Shown here: positions 29,501 to 42,915 of the stretch, piece by piece
Layout of the letters: each line of letters starts with the position of its first letter
Position numbering within the stretch: position 1 is the stretch's first letter
Source of the DNA: Yuukianura sp. NJ FZ-2021
Taxonomy: Eukaryota
Reading direction: 5' to 3'
Assembly: GCA_046563655.1 (NCBI GenBank)
Contig: CM102288.1
Location: 1,426,001-1,490,000 of the forward strand
DNA: 64,000 nt
Notes under the pieces: generated by a model
Database searches by the model: none
What the model was told of the DNA's origin: nothing
What the model saw: only the letters and a program-made list of their open reading frames with translations
Program-made: the position numbers and the translations under genes

Positions 29501-31917
29501 TTAACTTTCGCTTACACACGTGATTTTTTTCACCAAATTTTGAAAATGGCGGCTAACTTTCATTTCTTTTAGGACAACTTGTGACATATTCGACACCGTT
29601 TTGGCACCGGAAGACGGAAGTGGCAGTGGAGTGAGCAGTGGCCTGGCATGGGTCTACCCACTTCCAGACGGAAGTTGGTCGTTTAGCCTTCAGTTACCAC
29701 CGGAACACGAACCAATCACAAGCAAAATGGAAACTGGACGACGCGTTTTGGAAGAATTGTCGCTCACACTGCAGCCGAACATGACACACGAAGCCGTTTC
29801 GGGCATGTCCACACGCTACTATCAACTTCTGTATGAAGAAAACATTTACTTGACAGTCGTCACAGACCGTGGCACTCTTCGGGGGAAACTGGGCTACCGT
29901 GGATTTGGAGACGCCCAGCTCAGTTCATCTCCTCTGTTGCTCCGACCTCCACCAGGATCCACTGCTCCGCGGCGCGTCGAAGGGCTCCTGTGGCTAGGAA
30001 TTGACGATTCGTGTGCCCTTAACTACCAAGTGACCCTGAGTGAACGACCACAATCAGAGGTCATGCGGATTGAAGTCATGGAGATGCCTGGACTCCATGT
30101 CATGGGCTTACCTGTCCAGAGTTACGTTCTGGACGACTTTGAGGCCAGTGAATTCGAAGGAGAATTTCATGAAATTGACAAGTAGGTGAAAAAAGTTGGT
30201 TTTTTCTTTTACGCCTTCTGTTCAAAACAGCGTCAAGAATTTCCAGTTTGATTTTTTTTTGTTTTTTGAAACAGGAAAACCACTTTTGTAAACATCAACG
30301 CTGGAGATGCTGTTTTCAAAATTGTTCGAGTGAATGATTCAACACTTCTGGCATCGGCTCCTCTTCAAAATGTAAGCAATTGACATTTACATGTAAATAA
30401 AACGATTAGTCGAACCATGAATTAACGAAGTCTTGTTTTTAGATTCGAGTTCCGACAAACTGTTTGCCAATACCGAGACGAGAGTCGTTGGATCCATATA
30501 TAATCGAACCAGAAGACGATTCTGCGCCGACGCCAACTCCGTCAAAATGCTTTTACGATGGATTGATGCGAGATGAATTCAGTCAGTGGTCACCGGAAAA
30601 TGATACTTGTCAAATCTGTAGTTGCCACAAGGGCAGAGTGACCTGGTATGACCTATGGCATTCTATGAATCAAGGTTCCTCGACAAGAATTGTATTTTCT
30701 ACAACATGTTATCCAATAACACCATATTTCAAAATAGGAAGAAAACAATTTTTCCTCCAATTTTCTTCCAATTCTGTTTTTTTTAACTCCTATTTCTCCA
30801 ATTTTTCTTTCTGGTCGACTATTGAAAAAAAAACTGAGTTACTGGACAACTTGTAGAAAAAACATTTTTCTTTGTTTACGAACCTTGCTATTAATACTAC
30901 TGATAATGTTTTTAATGCAGTACTTATTATTTATATTTTGCAGTGACACGGTCATGTGCCCTGCAACGGATTGTGTCAACCCTGTTCTCCTCACTGGAGA
31001 ATGCTGTCGTACCTGTCTTCGTAAGTGTCCAGTTCCAAGTTTATGGACAGTATTTCCAAAATATGAACTTTTTTTTTGAATTTCAGTTTTAATTTTTTTT
31101 GTAAAAATTTAGGAAGTGATAGAATTGAAGCGACGGTTGGAGACAGGAGTTGCGACGTGCAGGGAGATAGGCGACACCCTGCAGGGACTTCGTGGCATCC
31201 CTACCTCCCTCCTGATGGATTCATGTTGTGCACTACTTGCACTTGTAACGTGAGTCAAACACTTTAAAAACTTGTCTAATATCAATTCAAGTCCTTTACA
31301 TTCATCTTTAAATCACAGGCAGACACTTTGACAGTTACTTGTGTCAAGGAAACTTGTCCTGTCCTTAACTGCCCAGCCGATGAGCAGTTCTACTCTCGTC
31401 CGTTGGCTTGTTGCAAGGAATGTCCAGCGGAACGATCAAAAGAGTCGTACCAGGACGATGCTTATCTTGTCTCCCGGGGGCCCTCAGAATCCGACATTCT
31501 AAGGGACGGTGGATGCAAGTTCAGAGGAGAACTCCACACTAATGGGGAAGAATGGAATCATCGCGTAGAGCCCTTCGGATTTACGCCCTGCGTCGTCTGC
31601 TCCTGCCGGGTAACTTTGAATCTTCAAAATTCAGTAGAGAAATTTAGATATTCTGGAATTAAAATTTTGAAATTTGATTTTAATGAAAATAGAACGGGAC
31701 ATCGAAATGCGGGAGACTCAAATGTCCAGCACTGAGCTGCGAAGTGAAAGTGAAGCCGGAGGGTGAATGTTGTCCCGTTTGTGGATCAACGCCAGCAACT
31801 TCGTCACTCGTGCGTCACACTAACGCAAATCCAACACGGAAGAAACCTGACCCCAAAGGTCAGCCACGAGCAGCCAAGCAGCATCGAAGTGACCTGCTAA
31901 GCAGACGAAGACGCTGA
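20587..31917 (+). CDS. sog: Chordin / short gastrulation BMP antagonist
   Basis: Exons 20587-20761, 23641-23744, 26877-27009, 27650-27709, 27875-28233, 28715-28795, 29153-29460, 29573-30181, 30275-30371, 30443-30645, 30944-31020, 31113-31249, 31319-31609, 31693-31917. Signal peptide, CR1 (WSPDLGEPFGIMYCIHCSC...CRNVKNECP), CHRD-repeat region, three C-terminal vWC repeats. Confidence 0.95.
24128..24510. mobile_element. Tandem pair of ~120-bp TA-flanked MITE-like units with a repeated spacer, in sog intron 2
   Basis: Units 24196-24315 and 24354-24480 begin CCCTAAATCCT(G/C)GCATATAG and end TATAAGCGAGGATTTAG(G/A)G, each flanked by TA. Spacer TAACTTACA(A/C)GTATCT recurs at 24158, 24316 and 24481. 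Confidence 0.75.
28257..28617. mobile_element. 361-bp MITE with TA target duplication (Tc1/mariner-pogo type), in a sog intron
   Basis: Left TA|CCCTATTTCCTGGCGTATAT; right ATATACGCCGTGAAATAGGG|TA (18/20 inverted match). Confidence 0.85.
28338..28469. mobile_element. 132-bp hAT-type MITE nested inside the previous element
   Basis: TIRs CAGACCTGCCAAAAATATTTA / TAAATATTTTTGGCATGTCTG (20/21); identical 8-bp flanks ATAATAAT at 28330-28337 and 28470-28477. Confidence 0.8.
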
Positions 31918-33318
31918 AGCAACGAAATCTAAAAGTTTGCCAAGAAAAATGAAGATTTTTCAAAAAAAAACTTCGCCGCGTCGTCCCTCTTTTGAAATTT
32001 TTAAGAAATTTATTTTTTGTTATTTATCCACCACCTCCTCATGCATGAACCTTGTTAATTACAAACTTAATTTAGTTCAGGGTTTGAAATGGATGGATTA
32101 CTAAGCTTGTCCCACAATACACAGAAGAGGTCAAGAGGTCACCACTAATTTTGTATTCAAAGATTGACATCATACTCCTTAATTCAACGGGTTTTGAGTT
32201 TTTTTGAGCTTTTTTTTTGTTTTTATTTCTTTTGACTCTCCCTCCTAAATCTCGTGCTGCTCCTTTTGTTTTAATTTTGAAAATAATTAAATTATGTAAT
32301 TAAAATTAACAAACTAAAAAAAAAGTTTACCAAAGACTGATTAGTACTGGAAGGCAAAGTGGATTGTTTGTTATCCTGCAGAAAGAGGCTCTTTTACGCT
32401 ATAGATTTTTAGAACTACAGAAATTAATAATCAAAAGTTAGTGCTAAAGTCTTAGCTTATTACTAAATTTTAACTTTAGTTTTTAAGAAAAATGACCGTT
32501 TACACAAATAATCCCATCGCTCTCTTTTAAGCTAAAGGTCAAAGGTCAGAGCTCTCATGAATGTAAAATTTGCACTTCCCCACCAGAGTCATTAGTAAAG
32601 AATTTAGTTTTTAGATAAATATTTTAGAAAAATTAAGTTATTGTTTAAAAATTATACAAAAGTTCCTGTTTACTCCATTTTTTTAAATATGGAGTAGAGT
32701 TTTAAATAAGGGAGCTGCAAAGTGTTTGTTTTATGGCATTCCGAAGATTAACTTTAATTTTAATTAAAACTTAACTGAGAATGACTTAATTTGTTGAGAT
32801 TTGAACAATTTTAAATCTCCGAACACGAGCTTGACATTATTTTAAAGTTTTTAGTGAAGTTTGAACTGTTTAAATTCTTGCTCCTGAAGGGCACATTAGT
32901 TAATTGATGGTTGTTAAAAATTAACTAAATTGCGTTAATTAGGTTGTTAATTGATTAAGAGCCTCCCCAGCAGCATACAGAGTCTTAACGTACCTTAATA
33001 CTGGGAGTTGAAAAACGAGTTTGGATTTTGAAAAAGACGTGACAATTGTTTGAAATTATTTTGGAACAGAGGGAAGAAGGTTTTAAAAAATGTCCAATAG
33101 AGTATGCATTATTGTAACTTCTGTTCTAAACTTTTTCGTTTTGTTCAAACTGAAATAATCTAATTAGAACAAAAAATAGTATTGAAAAGTTAATAATTTA
33201 AGAGCTAAATGTGTAGCTTGGATGGGCTGAAAACTGGTTTTTCGGAAAGCCGTAAAATAAAGATCTAAACAATACTAGTTTACAGTTGCACTTTTTTTTT
33301 TGTGGTGGGGCAGTAGTA

Positions 33319-36300
33319 TCACTTTGATTTGGTGGGTCTTGGTGGGGCCGGTGGTGGCTTGATGAAAAACTTACATTTTCGGCGTGGATTCATAAATCGG
33401 CGAGGTGAACATGACCAAGTTTTGGCAAAATGTTCGGAATTTCGAAAAGCTTCGTTGATCATATAAGGCAAAAGGAAACTCCCACGCTTTCCCATTCCAA
33501 CTTTCCTTTCGGGCGTGACAGTTTTGCAAGTATGCTGAAAATGGCATAAATTTTCATAAGTTCGTGGCAAATGTAAGGTCAAAGGTCAAGTTACCCTAGC
33601 CATGGCCAAGTAAAACAGTTGATCTGGTGTATATTTTTCAAAACCAAGCAGAATTTGGTTTTTGGAGGAAGTATACGTTAGGTTTGGATTTCGAACGAGT
33701 GTTTCCCGCAGTAGCTCAGTTGCAGCGACGTAGGCAATGTTTTTTACTCTACCAAAAGTTGCTGTAGGCTCAGCCTGGGACAACGAAACAGTAAGATTAA
33801 AATTTTGAACTTTCTTCAAATTCAAAATTTTGAAATCTTGAAATGTTGTTTTACCTTGACTTCTAAGCGCATGCGTGCCACAACTCGTTTGTAATCGTCA
33901 AATATACATTCGAGCCTTGGAAGGAATTCCATTTCCATTTGTTTTGCAGCAATCACGGACGTTTCTGGCTCTTCCACTACACGCTCCTTTTTATGCAACT
34001 CCAGCACTGCAGAAAGTGTTAAAAAGTTGACCTCTGACCTTTGACATAATTTTCGGAAATTTTAGAAAGTTACAGTCATCTATGGTGTAGTGCATCAAGT
34101 AGAAGGCTCCAACGTAGAATCCAAAACCAGCAATATCAAAAATCCTAGTGAGAAAACTAGCATTAAAACTAATTTAAGTATTTTAGTATAATTTATAGTT
34201 ATAAATCAGGTTTTAATTTACGGAATATCGTTGCCTATAAATGGTTGTTGAAGTGCACCAAATGGAATAGCTGTTAACAACCAAGCGTTAATTACAATTA
34301 AAACTCAGTTTTAACTTTTAACTGCGGACTTACATAAGTATCGTTTTGCTTTTCCAGCCTCTTGTACCGTAGTGACCTTGACATCATCAACAGAGTAGTC
34401 TCCGATTGGCCAAAGATGAAATGGCGGAATATTTTGAAACTTCTTGAGATCGTTTTCAGCTTTGATGGACATCACTTGAATTAAATTCTCAAAGTACTTG
34501 TCCTTGTTCATCTCCAACTACAATCATGACAAAAAAATGCAAATTACAATTAAAAACTTAATTAATTGAAAATGTAATTAATTTAGTTCACCCCTTTGTA
34601 GAATATGTTAACGTAGGGCTCAAAAGTGGAAACGTTGGTTTGAACTATTTTGAAAGTGGCCAGCGTTTCTTGAAATGAATTCAGCATGGCAGTCGGAAAT
34701 GCTTCAGAAACATTCCTCAATACAGAGCCAACAGTGTCAAGGATTTCAGTTACCTGGAGGTGTAGGAACATAATTAATTTTTAGTAATGAATTTGGTTAA
34801 TGGAATTTTCAAATTTCAAGATTAGATTTTGCACCCTTGAATCCAAAGATGTAATTTTTTTCATTTCTTTGGAAAAACGAAGGGCAGCTAAAAGATGGAG
34901 CCTAGAAAACATACTTCGAAAGCACCTCTCATCTGGCCTGAAAATTAAATAATATTAAATTTAACTAAATTTTAACAACTTTGAAGTTTTGAAATTGTTT
35001 CTTTTCTTTGGAAATTTCGAAAAACTAGGATTACGTGAATCCCATATCTCGAAAGACGGGAATCATTGCATCGTAGACGCTTGTGGTCAAGTCTACTGCA
35101 AAGTGTTTGATCAGCGTCCACTGGAAGTATCGCACTATAATGAAATCTAAATTTGAAATATTGAATTAACAATTAATTAACGTTGTTAATTAATTACGGA
35201 TAACGTAGTAAGGTGTATTGTTGAGGAATTCTTCCAGAAGTAGAATGTGGAGTCTATCTTCCTGTTTGAGAATGGATTGAACGTAGTTGAAAAATATGGT
35301 TACGTTTTTGAAATGACGTTGATGGGAGAACAGAGCTGCCACGAGAGAGCCAAATTCGAAGAAACCTTTCTGACCTCAGTAAAAACACAGCAAAGGTCAA
35401 AGGTCAACCTCATAATTTCAAGTGAGTATAACGCAAACCTTAGATGGAATGTAATTTGGATGAAGTTTGGGTGGTTTTGGAGCAAGGATGTCCATTGTAT
35501 CCGGAAATCCAAAGAGTGTGGATGATCTTTTAGATTGAATGTAAACCAATTCTGCTTCAAAATGTATCAAGAGGTAAACAATCGTTTCAATTTCATTGTC
35601 ATCAACAATGTTCAAATCTTTTTTGAAAAGTTGAAAAGTTTTGCGAATTGCGGCGACATAATCTTTTTGATCTTGAGCTTTCATCAAAGTCAGTTCTTTG
35701 TCAGGCGGAGCCAAGTTGAGCTGCGTCAAGTAACCAATGAATCAGTTTTAGAATTAAGTTATGGTTAGGCTAACATTAGGGTGGTAAAAATTGTCAATGT
35801 TAACTACAATGTAATTTACCACAATGTAATTCTCTCTTGCACTGTAAACGTTTATGAAGACGCGTTTGTTAACTCTTCGGAAAATCCGAATAATCGTTCT
35901 GCCGATGTTCATTTTCCCGCTTTTAACAGGATCCATCAGCTTCAATTCAAACAGCAAGTTAATAAATGGCTGAAATCCAACTCTGTTTCGCTCATCTTCG
36001 TTTATGCAAGAGTGATAGAATGGCAAAATTTGATCCACTGGGTACCCATGTACGCGATGGAGTAATCGACCTATAAAAAATGAAATGTTAACCTTTGACC
36101 TTGCTCTAGTGATTCTACCATTACAGTTTTCAATATGATACCTAAAGCTTCGTTGCTAATGTACTCAAATGGAACTCCGTCAGTAATCCTGAGGTAGCCC
36201 CCGCGATTGACATGTGGATTTTTTTTGTAACTTCCACAACTGAAATTGTAGAAATTGTCACACGGATTCGTTTTATTGTCCAGTCCTTCTAAAATCCATT

Positions 36301-37295
36301 CACCTGTTTCAAAAAAGAATGGTTTGAGGAATAATATTTTAAAGGAAGTTGTTAGGATATGCTTCGATGGTGTAACATAGGGGGTTGAAAAATTGTGCAC
36401 AAAAAAAATCTTTTTTTTTTTTGAAAATTTTAATTTAGTATTTTTAGAATCAACTTATGTTCTGTAAATGTACTTACTTAGCTTCAAGCAGTTTCTGGAC
36501 TTGCAAGCGTAAGGGTGTTCAAACACTTCGCTTGATTCTGGAAAAAAAATTGAGTCAAAATTTTGAATTTTTAAAACCATGAAGACTTACGAAGAAGAAA
36601 AATAAACGCTGCAGTATGAAACAGCGTCACGAGCAGCAGCGTTAGAATTAACACAAGAAGGCCACGCCGCCAAGCTGCCGAAGTTTGCCATGATCTAAGC
36701 AATTTTTAATTGAGAAATCATTATTAGTTAAAGAGTATTAGTTTCATTTGAAATTTAAAGCTAAAGTTCACCCATCTTTGTTGTCTTCGTCGTCTTTTTG
36801 ATATTGGTCGTAGTAAATTTCACCCCCCTCTTCGGCTCGTGCAGTTCGTTCGGACACAAATGCATTCACTGCTTCGTTGGCAGTGACAGGCGGATCCACA
36901 AACGGTGTTTCCGAAGTGCTGAGTCGCAGAGCTTCTCCGGTACTTGCGCTTTCCATCGCTGCCGCTCTGGCGACCATCAGTTCGTAGATTGTTTCATTGA
37001 GTCTCTGGCGCATGTCTCCTGCACTTCTGCCTCCAGCACAAGTATCGTAGGACAATGCATGTTGACCTTTGCCAAAACCAGTCAAGAGCTTTGCGAGGTC
37101 AGCAGAGGCCAAGGACACGCGGTGACCTTGAACATGACCTTCCTGAAGTGATGGCTCAGAAACCGAGGACACCGAAGATGTTTCTGTGTTTGCTGGTCCT
37201 TGGAAAGAGTAGTCTTCCACGGATGATGAAAATTCATTTCTGTTTGGCGCATTTCCAAATTGACCTTGACCTTTTGCATTGACAGAAGAACTCAT
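33319..37295 (-). CDS. Neprilysin-like (M13 family) type II membrane protein, copy A, predicted catalytically inactive
   Basis: Multi-exon frame traced without stops: long N-tail, TM (GLLVLILTLLLVTLFHTAAFIFLL), CKSRNC, NPCDNFYNFSCG, FYHSCINE, IPFGALQQPF, TPDQLFYLAMAR, NSEHFAKTWSC...MNPRRKC. HExxH region reads VGAFYLMHYTIDD. Confidence 0.88.
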
Positions 37296-37865
37296 TTCGC
37301 TGAGTCACGCAATACGGTAGAGTTTTAAAACTCACAAGCTTTTTGAAAAACAGAAATTTCTTTCAACTTAGCAAATTTTTTCTTTCTTTCAATACTTTCG
37401 TTGTTTTTGGGTAGTTGAATACTCTAGTTCTTTTTTTTTTGCGTTTCCAAGTAAATGAAAAAAAAATCAAATTTTGATTGTCAAAAGTAGTTTCGTTAAA
37501 ATTTTCATTGCTACAAGTTGAACGCCAGCTAAAAATAAGACATCTTCCTTTCAGGTATATACGTTCAGGAAACAAGCATTAGATATTTAACATTTCATGC
37601 GGCGTGAAGATCAAGGAAAAGTGAAAAACTAAAAATCAAAATTAATTTTGTTCACTAATCTCTTTGCTGTTGTTGTAACTTCAATGTTAAGAATCTGAAC
37701 ATCTTTTTAAACCAGATTTGTCAGATTTTTTGTTGCCTTATAAGTATGAATACTGAAATACTGAAAATCCTTAAATCACTATGAAAATATTCACAGCTTA
37801 TTATAAAATTAGATTAAACATACTGTAATCATGTATCTATCTACACATTTTCTGCTCCAGAAACT

Positions 37866-40800
37866 TCACTTTGATTTGGTGGGTCTCGGTGGAGCTGATG
37901 GTGGCTTCATGAAGAACTTACATTTTCTCCGCGAATTCATAAATCGACGGGGTGAACATGACCAAGTTTTGGCAAAATGTTCGGAATTTCGGAAAGCTGC
38001 GTCTACCAGAAACGGCAAAATTATGCTCCCACGCTTTCCCATTCCAACTTTCCTTTCGGGCGTGACAGTTTTGCAAGTATGCTGAAAATGGAATAAATTT
38101 TCATAAGTTCATGACAAATGTAAGGTCAAAGGTCAAGTTACCCTAGCCATGGCCAAGTAAAACAGTTGATCTGGTGAGTATTTTTCAAAACCAAGCAGAA
38201 TTTGATTTTTGGAGGAAGTATACGTTAGGTTCGAATTTCGAACGAGCGTTTCCAGTAGTAGCTCAGTCGCAGCGACGTAGGCAATGTTTTTTATACGACC
38301 AAAGGCATAGAAAGTGGGATCCATCTGAACCAAAATCCAAATTCAGTTTGATTTTGGTTTTCAATTTTGAAAAATCAACTTTCTGAAATGTTGACCTTGG
38401 GTTCCAGCCGCAAATGGGCAGAAATTCGTCTGAAATCGTCGAACATACATTCGATTCTTGGAATTAGTTCTACTTCCATTTGTTTTTCGGCTGCGACGCT
38501 CGTTTCTGGCTCTTCTACTTCACGATTCTTTTCATACAGAACGAGTACTTAGAAAATGTGAAAAAAATATTTTTTTTTCGTTAAAAAATGTTGATGAACT
38601 TTGACTTTTAGTTGGAGTATTGAGAGCTTACAGTCATCAATTGTGAAATGCATCATGTAGAAAGCTGCAAGATAGAATCCAAAACCAGCCATGTCGAAAA
38701 CTCTGGAAATATAAATATTTAGTTAGTAATTTAAAAAATGTTGGTTTACACAAAGTCAGGATTCAATTTTAATTTACGGAATATCGTTGCCTATAAATGG
38801 TTGTTGAAGTGCACCAAATGGAATAGCTGTTGAAAACGATTAAACCAAGCGTTAATTACAATTAAAAGTAAGTTTTTACTTTTTAATGCAGACTTACATA
38901 AGTATCGTTTTGCTTTTCCAGCCTCTTGTACCGTAGTGACCTTGACATCATCAACAGAGTAGTCTCCGATTGGCCAAAGATGAAATGGCGGAATATTTTG
39001 AAACTTCTTGAGATCGTTTTCAGCTTTGATGGACATCACTTGAATCAAGTTCTCAAAGTACTTGTCCTTGTTCATCTCCAACTACAAACATGAAACCAAA
39101 AATTTCAAAATAATTAAAAACTTAATTAATTGAAAGTGTAATTAATTTAACTCACCCCTTTGTAGAATATGTTAACGTAGGGCTCAAAAGTGGAAACATT
39201 GGTTTGAACTATTTTGAAAGTGGCCAGCGTTTCTTGAAATGATTCCAGCATTGCAGTCGGAAATGCTTCAGAAACATTTTTCAATACAGAACCAACAGTG
39301 TCAAGGATTTCAGACACCTTTTAAAACATATAATCATTAATTAATCATGTAATTTACTAAGTATTTAACTATTTTAATTAATCAAACCCTACCCTAGCAT
39401 TCAGAAACGGAGTATTTTTCAGCTCTTTGGAAAAACGTAGGGCAGCTAAAACATGGAGCCGAGAAAACATACTTCGAAAGCACCTTTCATCCGGTCTGGA
39501 AATAAAATTCAAATAAAATTTCTTTGCATTTTTGTTTTCGAAATTTCGAAAAACTAGGATTACGTGAATCCCATATCTCGAAATACGGGAATCATTGCAT
39601 CGTAAACGTTTGTAGTCAAGTCCACAGCAAAGTGCTTGATCAGAGTCCACTGGAAGTATCGCACTGTGATGAGATCAGAATTTGAAATTGATTTAACAGT
39701 TAATTAACATTGTTAATTAATTACGGATAACGTAGTAAGGTGTATCGTTGAGGAATTCTTCCAGAAGTAGAATGTGGAGTCTATCTTCCTGTTTGAGAAT
39801 GGATTGAACGTAGTTGAAAAATATGGTTACGTTTTTGAAATGACGTTGATGGGAGAACAGAGCTGCCACGAGAGAGCCAAATTCGAAGAAACCTTTCTGA
39901 CCTCATCAAAAACACAACAAAGGTCAAAGGTCAACCTCATAATTTCAAGTGAGCACAACGCAAACCTTAGACGGAATGTAATTTGGATGAAGTTTGGCTG
40001 GTTTTGGAGCAAAAGTGTCCATTTTATCCGGAAATCCAAAGAGAAGCATAGATCTTTTGGATTGAATGTGAACAAGTTCTGCAATAAAATGTGTCAAGAG
40101 GTAGACAATCGTTTCAATTTCATTGTCATCCACAATGTTCAAAGCTGTTTTAAAAAGTTGAAACGTTGTGCGTATTGAGGCAACATAATCTGCTTGGTCT
40201 TTCAATAAAATATACTCTCTGTCCGGGGCAGCCAAGGTGAGCTAAAGGAAGAAAAAATTTCCAAATTTCAATAACTTAAGTTACAATTAGGCTAATATTA
40301 AGTTAATTGTTAACTATTTTTTTTTACCACAATGTAATTCTCTCTCGAACTGTAAACATTTATGAAGACGCGTTTGTAAACTCTTCGGAAAATCCGAATA
40401 ATCGTTCTGCCGATGTTCATTTTCCCGCTTTTGACAGGATCCATCAACTTCAATTCAAACAGCAAGTTAATAAATGGCTGAAATCCAACTCTGTTTCGCT
40501 CATCTTCGTTTATGCAAGAGTGATAGAATGGCAGAATTTGATCCAGTGGGTACCCATGTACACGATGAAGTAATCGACCTAACGAAAATTAGAAAGTTAA
40601 AAAATTAGACCTTGACCTTTTGAAAATTAGAGTGTAGTTTTCAAAATGCCTAATGCTTCGTTGCTGATGTACTCAAATGGAACTCCATCATGAATCCTGA
40701 GGTAACCACCTCGTTTAATATGCGGATTTTTTCTGTATTTTCCGCAAGTGAAATTGTAGAAATTGTCACACGGATTCGTTTTATTGTCAAGTCCTTCTAA

Positions 40801-41800
40801 AATCCATTCACCTGTTTCAAAAAAGAGCCGATTGAGGAATTATATGTTATATTAGGTGGCTAGTATTGTGACCTTGACCTATCGCTTAACATTGAATATA
40901 ATTAATTGTATCAAGAATATCCTTTCTGGGGAAATAATTTAGTATTTTTAGAATCAACTTATGTTCTGGAAATGTACTTACTTAGCTTCAAGCAGTTTCT
41001 GGACTTGCAAGCGTAAGGGTGTTCAAACACTTCGCTTGATTCTGGAAAAAAAACTTCAGTCAAAATTTTGAATTTTTAAAACCATGAAGACTTACGAAGA
41101 AGAAAAATAAACGCTGCAGTATGAAACAGCGTCACGAGCAGCAGCGTTAGAATTAACACAAGAAGGCCACGCCGCCAAGCTGCCGAAGTTTGCCATGATC
41201 TAAGCAATTTTTAATTGAGAAATCATTATTAGTTAAAGAGTATTAGTTTCATTTGAAATTTAAAGCTAAAGTTCACCCATCTTTGTTGTCTTCGTCGTCT
41301 TTTTGATATTGGTCGTAGTAAATTTCACCCCCCTCTTCAGCTCGTGCAGTTCGTTCGGACACAAATGCATTCACAGCTTCGTTTGCAGTGACAGGCGGAT
41401 CCACAAACGGTGTTTCAGAAGTGCTGAGTCGCAGAGCTTCTCCAGTACTTGCGCTTTCCATCGCTGCTGCTCTGGCCACCATCAGTTCGTAGATTGTTTC
41501 ATTGAGTCTCTGGCGCATGTCTCCTGCACTTCTGCCTCCAGCACAAGTATCGTAGGACAATGCATGTTGACCTTTGCCAAAACCAGTCAAGAGCTTTGCA
41601 AGGTCAGCAGAGGCCAAGGACACGCGGTGACCTTGAACATGACCTTCTGGAAGTGATGGCTCGGAAACCGAGGAGACCGAAGACGTTTCGGTGTTTGCTG
41701 GTCCTTGGAAAGAGTAGTCTTCCACTGATGATGAAAATTCATTTCTGTTTGGCGCATTTCCAAATTGACCTTGACCTCTTGTATTGACAGAAAAACTCAT
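37866..41800 (-). CDS. Neprilysin-like (M13 family) copy B, tandem paralog, predicted catalytically inactive
   Basis: Same exon structure as copy A, offset ~4.5 kb. HExxH region reads LAAFYMMHFTIDD. One donor is GC instead of GT (40649-40648). Confidence 0.82.
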
Positions 41801-42352
41801 TTCGGTAAGTCACGCAATACAGTAGAGGTTTCAAAACTCATTAGCTTTTTGAAAAACAGATTTTTTTCCCATCAACTATTTTGGAAGTTTTTTTTATTAT
41901 TCGTTGAATAATATAGTTTTCTTTGCGTTTCCAGGTTAAAAAAAAATTAAATATTGATGTTCAAAAGTAGTTTCGTTGAAATTTTCATTACTACAGGTTG
42001 AACACTACATAAAAATTAACTGTTTTCTTTTTAGGTGTTTACTTGCAGAAACAAGCACAAGATATTCGCTATTTTATACGGCGTGAAAATCAAAGAAAAG
42101 TGAAAAAACTAGCAAATCAGAAAAAAAAAAACTTCATTGTCATTAAACAAAACTTTGAAATTTAATCTCTACAGCTATTTCTGTAAATCAATCGCTCAGT
42201 TCATTGTTCCAAAACAGTTTTTCATGCAATTTAGAGCAGAAATTTCATACAAAACGCAACTTATTTTGACGAAATTTGAAAAAAATCCATGGACTACAGT
42301 TCAGGGATTTTGGCAAAAATCATAAGAATTTCGATTTCTGTTTCATGGGGTT

Positions 42353-42710
42353 AAAAGACGCTTGAGATCATTCTGGATTTATTCGCGAAGGAATTAGCAA
42401 TTTATTACATTCCATTCCTTAGATATGAATTTTTAAAGTTTTTGAATTTTTTGAAATTTTGGAAAGAAATTTTGCATTGTAGAGGGTAGGCTCTGCTTGG
42501 AAACTCTTCGGAGTTATACGGAGTTTAGGCGACTCAAAAAGACTCCTCTCCTTCCTCAACTTTTTTGCCGCTGGCGGCCTTCCCATACAAAAATCCAAAA
42601 AGCAGAGAGGGACTACCTGCCTCTTTGGTCCGCATAATCCCCTGTCTACTCTTCTCCTCTCCCGAAGGCCTCCCATGTAAAAGACTCTTTAGAAAATTTC
42701 AAAAACACAG
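42353..42710 (-). mobile_element. Dispersed non-coding repeat, copy 2
   Basis: Reverse-complement match to ~13975-14340. Ends approximate. Confidence 0.8.
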
Positions 42711-42915
42711 GCATTTGTTTTTCATAACAAAAATCAGCTGTTCCTACTTCATTTTAATTCAAGTTCATAGGCACTTAAGTAAACTACAAGGTAATTCAGT
42801 ATTGTTCACTAACTTTTTAGTTTGGTAAGTTCATTTTTATCTTGTATGAATTAATTTGTTAGGAACTCCACTACCAATTTACACTTGCGATAGATACCGG
42901 GACCGGGTTTCCAAA

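Noticed and set aside
35300..35376. Apparent premature stop in a neprilysin-like exon
   Set aside because: Using the AG five nt further (gtcag|AAA GGT TTC) gives an open frame in both copies.
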